64,000 nt of DNA, taken from NCBI RefSeq assembly GCF_009914755.1, contig NC_060928.1; one strand, written 5' to 3'. Positions 14,214-27,659 of this stretch are shown piece by piece. A program made the position numbers and the translations under genes. Position 1 is the first letter of the stretch, and every line of letters begins with the position of its first letter. Source of the stretch: the human T2T-CHM13v2.0 reference genome, Homo sapiens. The notes under the pieces were generated by a model, which did no database searches, was not told the DNA's origin, and saw nothing but the letters and a program-made list of their open reading frames with translations.

Positions 14214-14816
14214 TATATTAGTCAGCATTCTCCAGAGAAACAGAATCAATATAGTATCTATATTTGTATAATATCTATGTCTATATGTCTACATTATGTC
14301 TATATGTCTATATTTATGTCTATATTTCTCTCTCTCTCTCTCTATGTATCCAGATATCTATATCTAGGAAGAGATTTATTACATGGTATAGGCTCATGGG
14401 ATTATGGAGGCTAAGAAGCCCTACAACCTGTAGTCTTCAAGCTCAAGATTCAGGAAATCCAATGATGTAGTTTGAAGACCTGACATCCAGATAACTGATG
14501 GTGTAGATTTAAGTTTGAGTCTGAAGGCATAAGATTCAGAAGCACCAAGGTCAGGAGAAGCTTGATGTCTTAGCTCAAGCAGCCAGGTAGAGAGAAGGCA
14601 AATCCAACCTTCCTCTGCCTTTTTGTTCTATTCACTCACTCAACAGATGGTACGTTGACCACCTACATCAGGGAAGGCTATCTGCTTCTAAATGCTCATT
14701 ACATTGCAAATGCTCATCTCTTCCAGAAACACCCTCACAGACATACCCAGAGATAATGTTTAATCAGATATCTGAGCATCCCCTAGCCAAGTCGACACAT
14801 AACATTAACCATCACA
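14214..14816 (-). mobile_element. MLT2B-type ERVL LTR with internal low-complexity (TATGTC/CT) tract
   Basis: 'tattagtcagcattctccagagaaacagaatcaata...gagatttatt...attaaccatcaca'. Confidence 0.85.
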
Positions 14817-14967
14817 GCTACTAACTGTCAAAGCAAAGGCTTGAGATTGGTTTTCTTTGCACAGCAACATTTTTGTTCCTAAAGAAAAGTTTGACTCAAA
14901 TAATTAAACTGAGTGAGTCTTAGTTTCCTCTGATATACGTTGCTAAAGAGGTAGATCCCAGTCATCG

Positions 14968-15278
14968 TAATGCTGCAATGAACGTATGTGTTCATGTATC
15001 TTTATGATAGAATGATTTGTATTCCTTTTGGTATATACTCAGTAATGGGATTTCTGGGTCAAATGGTACTTCTGCTTCTAGATCTTTGAGGAATCACCAC
15101 ACTTCTTCCACAATGGTTGAACTAATTTACATTCCCACCAACAGTGTAAAAGCATTCCCTTTTCTCCACATCCTCACTAGCATCTGTTGTTTCTTGATTT
15201 TTTAATAATCTCCATCCTGACTGGCATGAGATAATATCTCATTGTGGTTTTGATTTGCATTTGCCTAATAATCAGCGA
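14968..15278 (-). mobile_element. Isolated internal L1PA (about PA8-13) ORF2 fragment
   Basis: 'tgctgcaatgaac...ccacaatggttgaactaatttacattcccaccaacagtgtaaaagc...cattgtggttttgatttgcatt'. No 3' UTR or tail. Confidence 0.85.
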
Positions 15279-16549
15279 TTTTCTTTTGGTGTGGAAGATT
15301 TATTGGGTTCATTGTCTTTGCAGTTAACGTCTAGGCTCATTCAGTAATTGATGTGGACAAATGGATAATTCCTGAGGAAATAACTGAAATTCACTTATTT
15401 GATCTGAGAGCACTGAGAAAATAGAAAACACTCTGAAGAAATCTTTTTATGCAAAGATTATGCTTATGCATCTCTGTTATGCCACAAAGTGGGCAACTGA
15501 ACTTGGAGAGATTTTTATGACATCTGCTGTATGCTTATATATGCTTGACTCTATTGTTTTTCATGATCAGAATTGATAGCATATCCCAAACAAATGTGAA
15601 GGGCAGAGTTGCCTCATTTTGAGAAAAGAGAGCAGGGCTTTATTACTCCAGTATCAGTTAGTTGTTGGTTATAAACTTTATGTTCCCACCACTTTTCTAG
15701 CTGAGTAGGCTCCACTGAGTGAGACCAATTCTCCAAAGAAGAAGGCAGCTGAGAGCCGTTAGCAAGCAACACTCACACCACCTGGGGGATTGAGGCACTG
15801 ACCTCGTGAAGGGGCCTACACAAAGCACCAACAAAGCTGACTATACCATCCTAACCCCTTTCCATTCACTTGACCACCCCCTACCTCACCAACATTACCT
15901 TAGTCCAAACCACCCTCTCCCACCTTGACTACTGTGAACTCTCTTGTCAGTAGTTGTACTTCTTCTTCCCATAAGAAATAAGAAATAAAAGAATTAGGGT
16001 TGCTTTCTGAGATATACCCTATAAGATCAAGACAAGATAAATTAGAAAATTAAATTGGAAAGTCATACTCATAGGAGCAGAATGGCTCCCCTCAGCCAAC
16101 CTAGATTGATGAGGTTGAGTGGAACAGCACACCCAAAGAAAGAATATTCCAAAGGAGCAGTTGATCAGCTAAGGAAGCTACACAAAGGGGAATCACAGAG
16201 GGAAGCATCGAGAGAAACCCCAGAAGTCTCAGTCACTGAATACTAATAATTCATATCCCTTTGACAACTCAAAAATTCAGACATAATTTGACCTGCTCCT
16301 ATTCAAGCCATTGAATCAAATCCCTTACTCCTTTGTTCTGATTCTATGCTCACTAAGAATATTGAAAGCATAGAGAATTTGAGCGGTCCTACGTCAAGGA
16401 CATGTTCTTTTTATTGTAAATAATAAATAGGCATTCTAGTCTTACACATCAGTATCTTGATACAAAAAGCCAGCCAATGGTGAATTTCCCAGGTTGCATG
16501 TCTGAGGGCCAAGACTCTGGATTGTAGCAAACTTACCAGGTTGCATGGA

Positions 16550-17045
16550 AATTATACTTTCCCCCACCAAAAACAATGGCCACAGCAAGATCTCTGGTTC
16601 CACATGGTCTTCCAGAACTTTGCCATTCCTCTATCAAGAAGTGGGAGTCTATTTCCTCTCCCCTTGAATCTGTGTGGGTTTTCATGACTGCTTTCATGAA
16701 TAGAGTACAGCAAAAGTGATTCCAAGTGAAGGCTAGAAAGCAATAAGTCTTCCACCCGGCCCTTGCTCTTTTAGGATGTTTACCCTTTGAACCTGACACC
16801 ATGTTACAAGAAAGTACAGGACAAGGCTATGAGTAGGTGTTCTGGAAGACAGCTTCAGCTACAATCCTAGCCACCAGCCAGCATCAACTGCCAGTCATGT
16901 GAGTGAAAGGTTCTTCACATGATTACAGCCCCAGGCTTCTAGTTCCCCAGCTGGTGGGAAGTGTAGAACAGATGGGCTGTCCTCACCTAGCCATAGCCAA
17001 ATTGCAAATTCATGAGAAAAATAAATGCTGTTGTTGATTTTTTTT
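16550..17045 (+). mobile_element. MLT1G/H-type MaLR LTR
   Basis: 'aatggccacagc...gggagtctatttcctctccccttgaatctg...cagccagcatcaactgccagtcatgtgagtga...aaaataaatg'. Confidence 0.75.
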
Positions 17046-17439
17046 AGAAAAGAGCAATTTACCTCAATAAGAGATTGTTTTTTTGATCATTGTGTAATTA
17101 TGAGGTTAAAGTTTGCCATTTGAGCTTATGAGGTTGAAGACTGTGGATTTGGATTTTTTGTTCATAGCAATAATGGTGATAGTGCTGATATGTGTCAATA
17201 ACATTTTATAATAATATTAATAAAAATATATCATTTACTGAGAGTTCATGATTCATTAGTCTTCCTAATAAGGGTTTTTCTATGCATTTAATCATTCAAA
17301 CCTCACAAATACCCATGAAATAGGCACTAGTGTCTATATTTAAAGATAAGAAAACTAAGACTGGTCAGGAAACTGTCCAGGATTATCCGGTTACTAAGGG
17401 GGAAATTACCAGCCACCAAGTTCTGATTAAATGTATGGA

Positions 17440-17735
17440 AAAGAGGCCAGAAAATATTTATGGAGTATCCATATGCACTAGGTTATATTCTGGGTTCTTA
17501 GTTCTAATGAAAAAAACTAAGTCCTTGCTTCAGTGAGTTTATGTCTTAATGTGTGTGGATAGATAGTGAACCAGTTAGTATATACAATGTAACATCCAGC
17601 AGTACTAGCAAAGAACTGGGTAAGAGGATAGAGGGGTTTCCCATAGTGCGATGAGGGAAGGCCTGTCTGAGAAGTGACATTTAACCAGAGATTAGAAGAA
17701 AGCGTAGGGATGAGTAATGGAATTTCTAGGACTGT
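17440..17735 (-). mobile_element. L2 fragment
   Basis: 'agggaaggcctgtctgagaagtgacatttaaccagagattagaa' is an L2 3' motif. Confidence 0.6.
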
Positions 17736-18879
17736 CCCTGTGACAGCCTCTTCATGGTACATTTTACCACTATTTTAGAACAGGGTGGTCCTTTGGTCAT
17801 GGTATTTAAGAAGGTTATATAACATCTTCTTAAGGAAAGAGTAAGGACTTAGGAGGCAGACTTAGGTTCAAATTCTGGTTCTGCTCCCTTTTCCCCTCTA
17901 ACTCATTTGGGCACCTTAACTTTATTTCCACATCTTAGTTTCCATGTCTATAAAACCTGGGCCATAATCTTTACCACTATGATAAATGAAAAGTGCATAT
18001 GTAGAGTTCCTTTTGCAGTCTCTAGAACTGCATATAAATATGCAGCAGTCATGTGATAAATAATTATTTTTTATAATTTGTGTCTTATAGAGGCACATAG
18101 AGAAGTTCCTTTTGATGTTTTGTGGTCCAAATGTGAGGAGGGGAATTTGATGTAGAAAATTACCACTCACCTTCAGAGCTGAATAGAGAGTATGGTTAGA
18201 ATGGAAACAGATCTAGGAAATAAGCTAAGAGAGAAGCCTGATGTGGATAAAGCTTGCTGTGGATAAAGTTTATTTACAAATCATATTAAGTGCAAGAATA
18301 AGAATTCAAGATGTGATTTGAGAGCAAGGTGGGCAGAGATTTATTTACTCAAATTTAGTATTAAGAAGAATCTCATAATGCACATTTAACTATAGAGGTT
18401 TACAGAATATCATGGAGAGGGAGAGAGAGCGATATATGTAAAATTTCTTGCCCTTTACTAGGCCCACAGCCCTGCTTCCAGCCGCATGTGCCTGCTATTT
18501 AAAATCGCTGTTCCTGGAGCCAGGTTGGCCCACTGCCTGATAATCAAGAAATCTGGGTCTAGTCCCAGTTTGCCTACTGACATGCTGTATTGCTTTGAGC
18601 TAATCACTTTGCCTCTTTGCCTTTATGTATAGGAAAAAATATCTCTCCCTCACCCATCTCAAATAAATCATTTTAGACTGAAAAAAAAATATTCAACATG
18701 CCCCGTGTGATGTAAGTGACCGATACATGTGGGACCATAATTTATTAAAGAGGCAAACCTCTTTAATTCACAACCATTATCTCACCAGCAATGAATTAGG
18801 CCAATAGCAGTTTGTAGTTTAGTAACAACTTTATCCTCAGGAGTGGGTAGCAAAACCACGTGTGGTTCAGTGTTTCGTC

Positions 18880-19105
18880 TTGGCTCAGTGGAAAGCACGT
18901 GGACTTTGGAATGGTGCACATCTGAGTTCCAATTTTCTAATTTTGCTGAACGTCAACTCTGTCTCCTTGTCAAGGATATGAGGATACTTACTCTTTCTGA
19001 GCCTAGGTTTCTAGATCTGTAAATACAGCAACACTATGTAAGTTATTGTGAGGAATTGATGAATATAAAGTTATTAGCATTATGTCTGCCACTGATATTC
19101 AAATG
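18880..19105 (+). mobile_element. MIR SINE
   Basis: 'cagtggaaagcacgtggactttggaat...ctttctgagcctaggtttctagatctgtaaa...gttattgtgaggaatt'. Confidence 0.7.
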
Positions 19106-20249
19106 TGTTATTTTTTATTTATTTAAACAAATTGCTTAAGGTCTGAATTCTTGCAGCTTTCTGGAGGCCTCTAAGTTCTCAGTGATTTGGGGACTCACTG
19201 GGGCAAGGCTAGGAGACCCATTTCAGGAGGGCTTTTAAAATCAGTGCGAGGCTAGAGCTAAAAAGACATAGCTTGAAATAACCCACTGGATTTGCATCTG
19301 CCTGAGGAGCTGAGCCTGCTCCGTGCTGATCTTCTGTGGGGGATGGGTGGATAATAATTCTTGGCCTGAATTCCAGGATTAGTTTCAGTGGATGTGGAAG
19401 CTCCACAATTGTCCCAAGATGAGGGGGTGACTAAAGTACTCATTGTTGTGCTGTGGCTACTGCAGGGCGATGTGCAGGCTGAGGACATAGGTTAGCTATT
19501 TGGTAACTCCTTAGTCTGATTTGCAGTAATTTCCATCCCTTTCCAACACATCTGCATGTGCTGCAGGTTGTTGTAAGGCTTCCAGGCATCCCTAAGATTC
19601 ATCTTTTTAATAAACAGAAAGGAAAAAATGGCCTATCTTTATTACCATCTAGGTCGGCTCTCTCAGAGCTGGAGGCTGCAGACCCCAAAGGCTTCTCAGT
19701 GCTGTCTCAGATGCTTCCATCCTTCATACGCTATTCCCATGGTAACCCTCAGGAAGGGAGAAGAGGGACAGCCATTAGAGGCTATTTTTAGACTTCTGGC
19801 CAGATGCTTTGACAAATCTATTGAGGGAAGGAAAATGTAGCAAATGTAGAAGAGGAGGATTTTTTTTTTTTTTGCCAAAGGCAATATCATTTAAAGTTCA
19901 TATAAAACTGGAAAAGACCTTGAGAAATCATCCAACTTATCACTCTACCTCTAGAAAGACCTACTTCCAAATCATACAAAAATTGTACAGTAAAATCTTT
20001 TTTCAGAACATTTTACTGAATAGTGTATTTTAATTTATAACTATACTTTCTACCCTGAATTTGCCCCATATTCAGCCTCAGTCTCCTGAGCAAGGGAACT
20101 GGCAATGAGACTGAGTATAATGGCTCAAAACGTGGACTACACAACCCTGGGGGAACTGTTTGTTTAGAATATGCTACTAATGGCCCTGCCTAAGTTTGTG
20201 CAGTGTGTATCTTGCACAACTACCCCCACTGGTCCTTCTTTACTTATCA

Positions 20250-20835
20250 TTTTGAAACGTAAACCAGGTTTAGTGCAACTCCTTCTATCCTTCCTAAAAC
20301 CCTTTAGGGGTTTCTCGTTGCTGTAGGGTAAAAGACCCAAGATCATTAAAATACAACATGGCTATAAAATACAACATGGTATCAACCCTTCATACCTATC
20401 TAGAGTCACTTAATACCATTCCATTTTTCCCTTCTTGTGTATCAAGAAATAACATTTGAAGAGTGTCAAACATGTTATCTTCCTCCCATCTTAAGATCTT
20501 TGTACTTGCATGAAATGCTTTTCCTCCACTCTCTACCTAATTTCTTTGTTAACTTTTATTCTCCCAACTTAACCTCAAATATCAGAAAATATTTTCTTGA
20601 TCTCTAAGACAAGAAGAGAAGGTACCCACGCACTATGCTTTCCTAATTACTTCTGCATTTCATTAATAGTACCTAGCAGCTTGTAATTCTATATTTATGT
20701 GATATTTTGGCTTTCTATTACTTTTAACTATGAACTCCATGTTGATATGGAATTATATTGTTTGCTCACCATTATACACCTAGTGCTTAATACTGTGTTT
20801 GGCAAACAAATTATTCTAATGACTGAATGAATGGG
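20250..20835 (+). mobile_element. L2 3' fragment
   Basis: Ends 'gtttgctcaccattatacacctagtgcttaatactgtgtttggca...tgactgaatgaatg'. Confidence 0.6.
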
Positions 20836-20859
20836 TAGCTGTTATTTTGTACTCTAATA

Positions 20860-21590
20860 TTGCTATCTTTCTTTAGGTTTGGAAAGTTCTCTGTCTTTAT
20901 GTCTTTGAGTGAACTTTCTACCCCAATCCCTCTCTCTCTACCTCCACTTTAAGGCCAATAACTCTTAGATTTACTTCTTTGAGGCTATTTTGTAGATCCT
21001 ATAGGTGTGCTTCATTATTTCTTATTCTTTTTCTTTTGACTCCTCTGACTATGTAGTTTCAAATAGCCTGTCTTCAAGTTCACTAATTCCTTCTTCTGCT
21101 TGATCAATGATGCTGAGAGACCCTGATGTATTCTTCAGTTTGTCAATTGAATTGTTCAGCTTCAGAATTTCTGCTTGATTCTTTTATTAAATTATTTCAA
21201 GCTCTTGGTTAAATTTATCTGATAGAATTCTGAATTCCTTCTCTGTGTCATCTTAGATTTTGTTGAGCTTCCTCAAAACAGCTATTTTAAATGCTTTGTC
21301 TGACAGGTCACTCTGTAATTTGTCACTGGTAACTTATTTAATTCATTTGATGATATGTTTTCCTGGATGCTTTTAATGCTTATAGATGTCTGTCAATATG
21401 TGAGCATTGAAGAGTTAGGTATTTATTCCAGCCTTTGCAGCATGGGCTTGTTTGTACCCATCTATCTTGAGAAGGCTTTCCAAGTATTCAAAGGGAATTG
21501 AATGCTGTGATCTAAATCTTTGGTCACTGTACCCATATGTGCATTAGAGGGCATACCAATGCCAGGAATGCTGTGACTCTTGCAAACTTT
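20860..21590 (-). mobile_element. L1M (L1MA/PB lineage) ORF1-region fragment
   Basis: 'tcttcaagttcactaattccttcttctgcttgatcaa...gaattctgaattccttctctgtg' resembles antisense ORF1. Confidence 0.7.
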
Positions 21591-21677
21591 GCTTCTTAAC
21601 CCTTGCTATGTGTCTCTTGGCTGAATTCTTTCTTTTAAGTTAAACAAGAAATGAGGACTCCTACACTTCCTGGTAAC

Positions 21678-23076
21678 AGAAATAAACCCAACTACACAAG
21701 GTAAACTAATTTTGAACAAAGGGACTAAGAAGATGCAATGGGAAATGGTGTTGGGAAAACTGAATATCTACATGCAAAAGAATGAAATTGGACCCTTATC
21801 CTATACCACATATTCAAAATGGATTAAAGATCTAAGTATATGACCCCAAACTATAAAACTCCTAGAAAACATAGGTGAAAACTCCTTGATATCACCCCTG
21901 GCAAGAATTTTTTTAAGTTTTGGATATTTTCCCCAAAACACAGGTAATGCAAGGAAAAATAAACAAGTGGGAGCACGCAAAACTAAAATGCTTCTGTACA
22001 GCAAATAAGATTATCAATGAAATGAAAATGCAGTTAATTGATCAGAGGAAAATATTCGTGAGCCATATATAGATAAGGGGTTAATATCCCAAGTATTTAG
22101 GAACACAAATAACTAACTCAATAGCAAAAACCAAATAATCCAATTTAAAAAATGAACAGATGACCAGAATAGATATTTCTCCGAAGAAGACATACAAATA
22201 GCCAAGAGAGATATATAAAAGTGCTCAACATCAATAATATGGAAACCACAATGGGAAGTGCAAATCAAAACAGTGAGATATCACCTTACACTTCTTAGGA
22301 TGGCTGCTATTAAAAAGACAAGAAACAGCAAGTGTTGCACATGTGTGAAGAAAAGGGAACAATCATACACTGTTGGTGGGAAGTAGATTACTGTAGCCAT
22401 TATGAACATTATGAATATTCCTAAAGAAATGAAAAACAGAACTATCATATAACCCAACAATCCTCATTCTGGGTATATACTCAAAGGAAATGAAATTACC
22501 AACTCTTAAAGACACCTGCACTCTCATGCTTATGTTTATTGCATCATTATTTACAATTGCCAAGATATAGGTACAACCTAAGTATCCTTTAATGGATAAA
22601 TTAATAAAGAAATTGTGGTATATATAAACAATGAATACGATTCAGCCTTAAAAATGAAACAGATATTGCTATTTGTGATAACATAGATGAACCTAGGGAA
22701 TATTATGCTAAGTGAAATAAGCCAGGCAGAGAAAGAAAAATACTGCGTGATCTCATTTATATGTGGAATCTGAAAAACAAACAAAAGCAATCTCAAATAC
22801 ATAGGAACAGTTGAATGGTGGCTGTTAGTGGTGGGGGATGGAAGGGAAGAAGGGGGATATAATAGGGAGATGTTCTATGTGCCACATGAGGATTATAGTT
22901 AATAATATTATATTACATATTCAAAATTTGCTAAAAGAATAGGTTTTAGGCAATTTTACCGCAAAAATGTAGCTATGTGGAATAATGTATGTATTAATTT
23001 GCTTGACTGCAGTAATTATTTAACTCTGTATATCAAAACATTATATTATACACCTTAAGTATGTACAACTTAAAAA
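21678..23076 (+). mobile_element. L1MA (about MA8/9) ORF2 3' end plus 3' UTR, sense to GRXCR1
   Basis: 'atgcaaaagaatgaaattggacccttatc', 'ggaatattatgctaagtgaaataagccaggcagagaaagaaaaatactgc', followed by an L1MA 3' UTR. Confidence 0.9.
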
Positions 23077-23084
23077 TATATAAT

Positions 23085-23358
23085 ATGTTTCCAAATTCCA
23101 AGAAGCTTTTTAAAATGTAGATTCTGAGTCAGTAGATCTGGGGCGAGGCCTGTGATTCTGCATGTCCAATCTTTATCTAACTAGCTCTAGAACTTGGCTC
23201 TACATTAGAATCACATTAGAACTTAAAAAAAAATTGCAATTCAGAGGCCCCAGCCTGGTGATTCTTATTTAATTGGTATGGGCTTGGTCTAGGATTTGGA
23301 GATTTTCAAAGGATCCCCAGTTTATTCTAACATTCAACATTCTTGAGATCCACTGATT
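23085..23358. mobile_element. Adjacent MER5A/MER5B fragments
   Basis: 'gattctgagtcagtagatctggggcgaggcctgtgattctgcat' and 'cattagaatcac...gattcttatttaattggtatggg...ttgagatccactg'. Confidence 0.7.
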
Positions 23359-24039
23359 CCAGGCAAAGCTCATCCTCAACAACAGGTAAAGGGATATCCA
23401 TGTGATCTCATACATTAGATGACATCCAACGTGGCTACCCGATAGGGGTCATCTTATTAGTATTTTGAAAATGCATGTGTCTTAGAGACACAGAAAGGTG
23501 GTATACATGGTTTGTTCTATAAGATTCAGAGAGAATCTTACATGAGTTGGTTAACATGGCAGCAAGTTGGTCCAATCTTAAATTTTTCCACTTTGACACA
23601 TCTGGGAAAAGTATTTCAGAACAAATAATTCAGAAGTAAATGTACCTATTCGAAGTAGTGGATCATTTTGGTAGAAAACTAATGCAGTAATAGTAGTCTT
23701 TGTATTCAGAGGAAAAATGCATAATTACACAGATAATATAATAAGAAAAAAGAGAACTTCGGTGCTCTTCTGAAAGCTGCAGCATCTGCAGTGAGTTTCT
23801 GTGCCTTGCTTGCTGATACCTGTTAATATGAAGAGGAGGTATAGACCCTTGGGCACTTGGTTGCTCCCTCTAAAGATCAGTGTTTCTAAATCAAAACATA
23901 GTAATAATTTCCTTTATGTCATCAATTACACTGATTTTTTCCACTGACTTATATTTGTTTTTTTAATCTTAAAAATTCCACGATGTGAAGTGCAATATTT
24001 TTCTCTGCTCAACTTAGAATAGTAGTGTGTCACAAGTCC

Positions 24040-24228
24040 TACACTTGTGTTTTTTTTTCACATTTTCTCTTACTTAATCTTCTCAGCAAACTTGTTAGGT
24101 AGCTATTGTTATTATCACATTCTCATCACTGTCATCACAGATGAGAACACTGAGACAATAGTTCATTAGCTTCCCAAAGATACACAGGTGGCCAGTGGCA
24201 GAGCTCAGGTATATCTGATTTTCAAGCT
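24040..24228 (-). mobile_element. MIR SINE
   Basis: 'cacagatgagaacactgagac...cccaaagatacacaggtggccagtggcagagc'. Confidence 0.7.
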
Positions 24229-24240
24229 TATCCTCTCCTT

Positions 24241-24708
24241 TTTTAAAATTTTAATTTTAATTTTAAGTTCTGGGGAACATGTGCAGGATGTGCAAGTTTG
24301 TTATGTAGGTAAATGTGTGCCATGGTGGTTTGCTGCACCTATCCACCCATCACCTAGGTATTAAGCCTCGCATGCATTTTCTATTTTTCCTAATGCTCTC
24401 ACTCTCCCCACCTCACCCTCTGACAGGCCCCAGTGTGTGTTGTTCTCTTCCCTGTGTCCACATCCTCTCTTTGTTCACTTCCCACTTATAAGTGAGAAGA
24501 TGTGGTGTTTGGTTTTCTGTTCTCATGTTAGTTTGCTGAGGATAACGGCTTTCAGCTCCATTCATGTCCCTGCAAAGAACATGATCTCATTCATTTTCAT
24601 GACTGCATAGTATTCCATGGTGCATATGTACCACATTTTCTTTATCCGGGCTATCATTCACGGGCATTTTGGTTGATTTCACGTCTTTGCTATTGTCAAT
24701 AGTGCTGC
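24241..24708 (-). mobile_element. 5'-truncated L1PA (about PA8-10) with degenerate TSD
   Basis: L1PA 3' UTR 'ttaagttctgggg..catgtgcaggatgtgcaagtttgtta'. Flanks tatcctctcctt (24229-40) and tatgctctcttt (24709-20). Confidence 0.9.
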
Positions 24709-26238
24709 TATGCTCTCTTTATCTTAGTTGTAGTAAATTTGCAGTATGTGCCAAATCCAGTCTTCAGAAATATTGGTCCACATGATCTTTAAAAGCATTT
24801 ACAGTTAGGCATCACCATTTATAAATCAGAAAATTTCCTATAAAAATCCAGATTTTAAGTTGCTACGTAAAATAATTATGTGTAACCACACTGAAGTCAC
24901 CTGCCTGCAAGACAACAATTGCCTAAGCTGTGTAACATTTCTCTATTTAGATGCTATTCTTAGCATTTCCCTAGTATTTCTTTTACTCCTGACCTGCTTC
25001 AGCATTTATGATACCAACTTAATTCCTCCAGGCCTCTGGGTTTTCAACTTAACCTCTACACTCTATTGTGGAAAGAAATGATTCTTGCATCTTTATTACA
25101 TTTTATCATCAGAAAAATTCTCTCTCCATAAGGTGGAGAACTTTGTATTGGCATCTTTATGACATTGAACCTTTGGAGTGTTACCTGTCCACGTGCATCT
25201 TGGCAGAGTGGTCTGATTTCTCTGCGTACAAAGTGGTGGAGGTTAGTGTCCTACTGGCTTGCTTTAGTATTTAGCTGTCCAGAATGGTTTCCAAAGTTTT
25301 GACTCCACAGGGGTTTTGCAAATTGTGTGGTTGTGCTTTAAAAAATTACAGCTTTGTGAAGACTCATGTATCCCATGGTCTCATGGTATAGTTGTGTTCT
25401 GTTCAGTTTCCTTCAACTAAGACTGTGATAAGGAAGAAGAGAAGCTTTCTTATTGATTTCAGTACCTACCTGGTATGGCTCTTCAGCACACATTAGCAGT
25501 GCTGGCCAGGGTTTCCTGGGAAAGCAGTCACTGACATCTGAAATGTAGAAAAAGATTCTCACACAGGACAGTCTTCATCTTGTTTTTGAGTGTTGCTTGC
25601 CTCCCCTCCAGTGTGTCTGATTCCTTGTTTCCTTTTTATGCCTGGCTTTGACCCACCACTCACTTTGGTGTTGATTTCTGTGCACTCCCATTCTGGAACA
25701 TTTAATTGTTTTATTTCTTGTGGCATAACTTTCTCACTACATGTGGGAGCCCTGTCACTCAACAGAGCCCTTGCACATATGTCATGCTACTTAAAACTTA
25801 GAAAAATCCCATGATAATAGGTCTTGTTATTCCCAGGAAATTGTTGCCCCAAAGACTGTACAATTGGATAAATTGATAAGTAGAAGAATTTTAACTGGCT
25901 AAATGCATTATAACCTTGACTATTCTGTGGCATAAACTTTAGGTTTATGAAACAGATATCGTAATTGAGCAATGTCTATGAAACATAAGAAAAATATTTC
26001 AGTCATTTACTATTTTACCACATGGCATCCCATGTGAGATGTGATCAACTTTAAGATTAGCTATTACTTGATATGCTACTGAGAAAAGGAAAAAAATTAA
26101 ATTATGTAATATATTATATTGATTGCTATCTGTATCCCAATTACAGATGTTGTAACTTAAAAAGGTAAGTCTTTGAATTGACAAATGTGTTCATTCAATT
26201 TTATTGCATGGCTTTAACGCAATTTTTAATTGTCTTAA

Positions 26239-26589
<351 letters not shown>

Positions 26590-27659
26590 TGATAGAAATC
26601 TATAACCATCTATACATTTGCAGCGTAACTACTGGAACACTTGCTGGTTTTTTTGGAGCTCAAACCAAAGGGATTGGAGCACTTATTTCTGTCCCAGACA
26701 ATGAGCTGCCACAGTGCTCCTCCCTGAAGAAGTACAGTGAGATAAAATCAACAAGAAACTGCATTTTTGAATAGAAATAAATGTTTAAAAATATTCAGTT
26801 AACTTCAGTTTTGCACTGTGAAGCTTGGCATGTGGGATAAAGACTGTATTTTTAGTGTAGGCAAGAAAAATGGATATTTATAAGATATATATTTATAAAT
26901 TCTCATATACAGCATTATCAATCAGTTTCCTACTAATGAACCTAAGATGATAGTCCTGAAATGAAATCAATAAGAAATGGGGCCTGGAGCCAGAATTTTA
27001 TCTGCTTGTTTAAAATTATTTTTAACTTGGGTACTGCAGCAGTTGGAGACATAAATTCAGGCTTACGGTAAGCAGAGAGAACTCCCAGAGCAGCAGCAGA
27101 ACATGCCTGTTTCATTGCTCTTTGAATAATATTGTTAGTGTAGTTAACTCCCATTGATCTGTGAACATCCTGTGGAAGAAGCCCACAGACAGGGCTCCAG
27201 AGAGTACACTTTGGAAAAGGTGAGAGCAAAGAGCCAAGGGACACCAGCAACCAGTTTAGGAGCTGACTACATGATCACTTATCACAGAACAGAGACCGTC
27301 GAACCACAGATGGATACTTGGATCTTGGTTTCATTTAGCATCTGCTCTTAACCTTCATTTTTCAGAGGAGGTTATAAAAATCTAGAACAGGAGATGCTCA
27401 CATTTTGTTTCAGGGAATCAATCTGTGTTTTAATACCCTGTCATTTTATGAAAAGATAAATGTAGAGAAGCTGTGATTCAATAGCTATGACACTATGTGA
27501 TTGTACTTTTAACCAGAGCTGGACACACATTACATTCTGTAGTAGAGGAATGCTGATTTGAAGTATTGATCCTCTTTTTGTTGCATTTCAACATATATCC
27601 TTAGGTTGCAGAAAATGACAATAGCAGTAACAATCATGGTAAAAAAATAAATAATAATA

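Noticed and set aside
18242-18268. Two TGTGGATAA (bacterial DnaA-box-like) direct repeats
   Set aside because: The context is human intron, so this is a short local duplication with no origin-like meaning.
20860-23076. Opposite-orientation adjacent L1 pieces as a twin-priming 5' inversion
   Set aside because: The pieces come from distant L1 regions (ORF1 versus ORF2 end), are separated by about 90 bp and share no evident TSD. Independent insertions are more likely.
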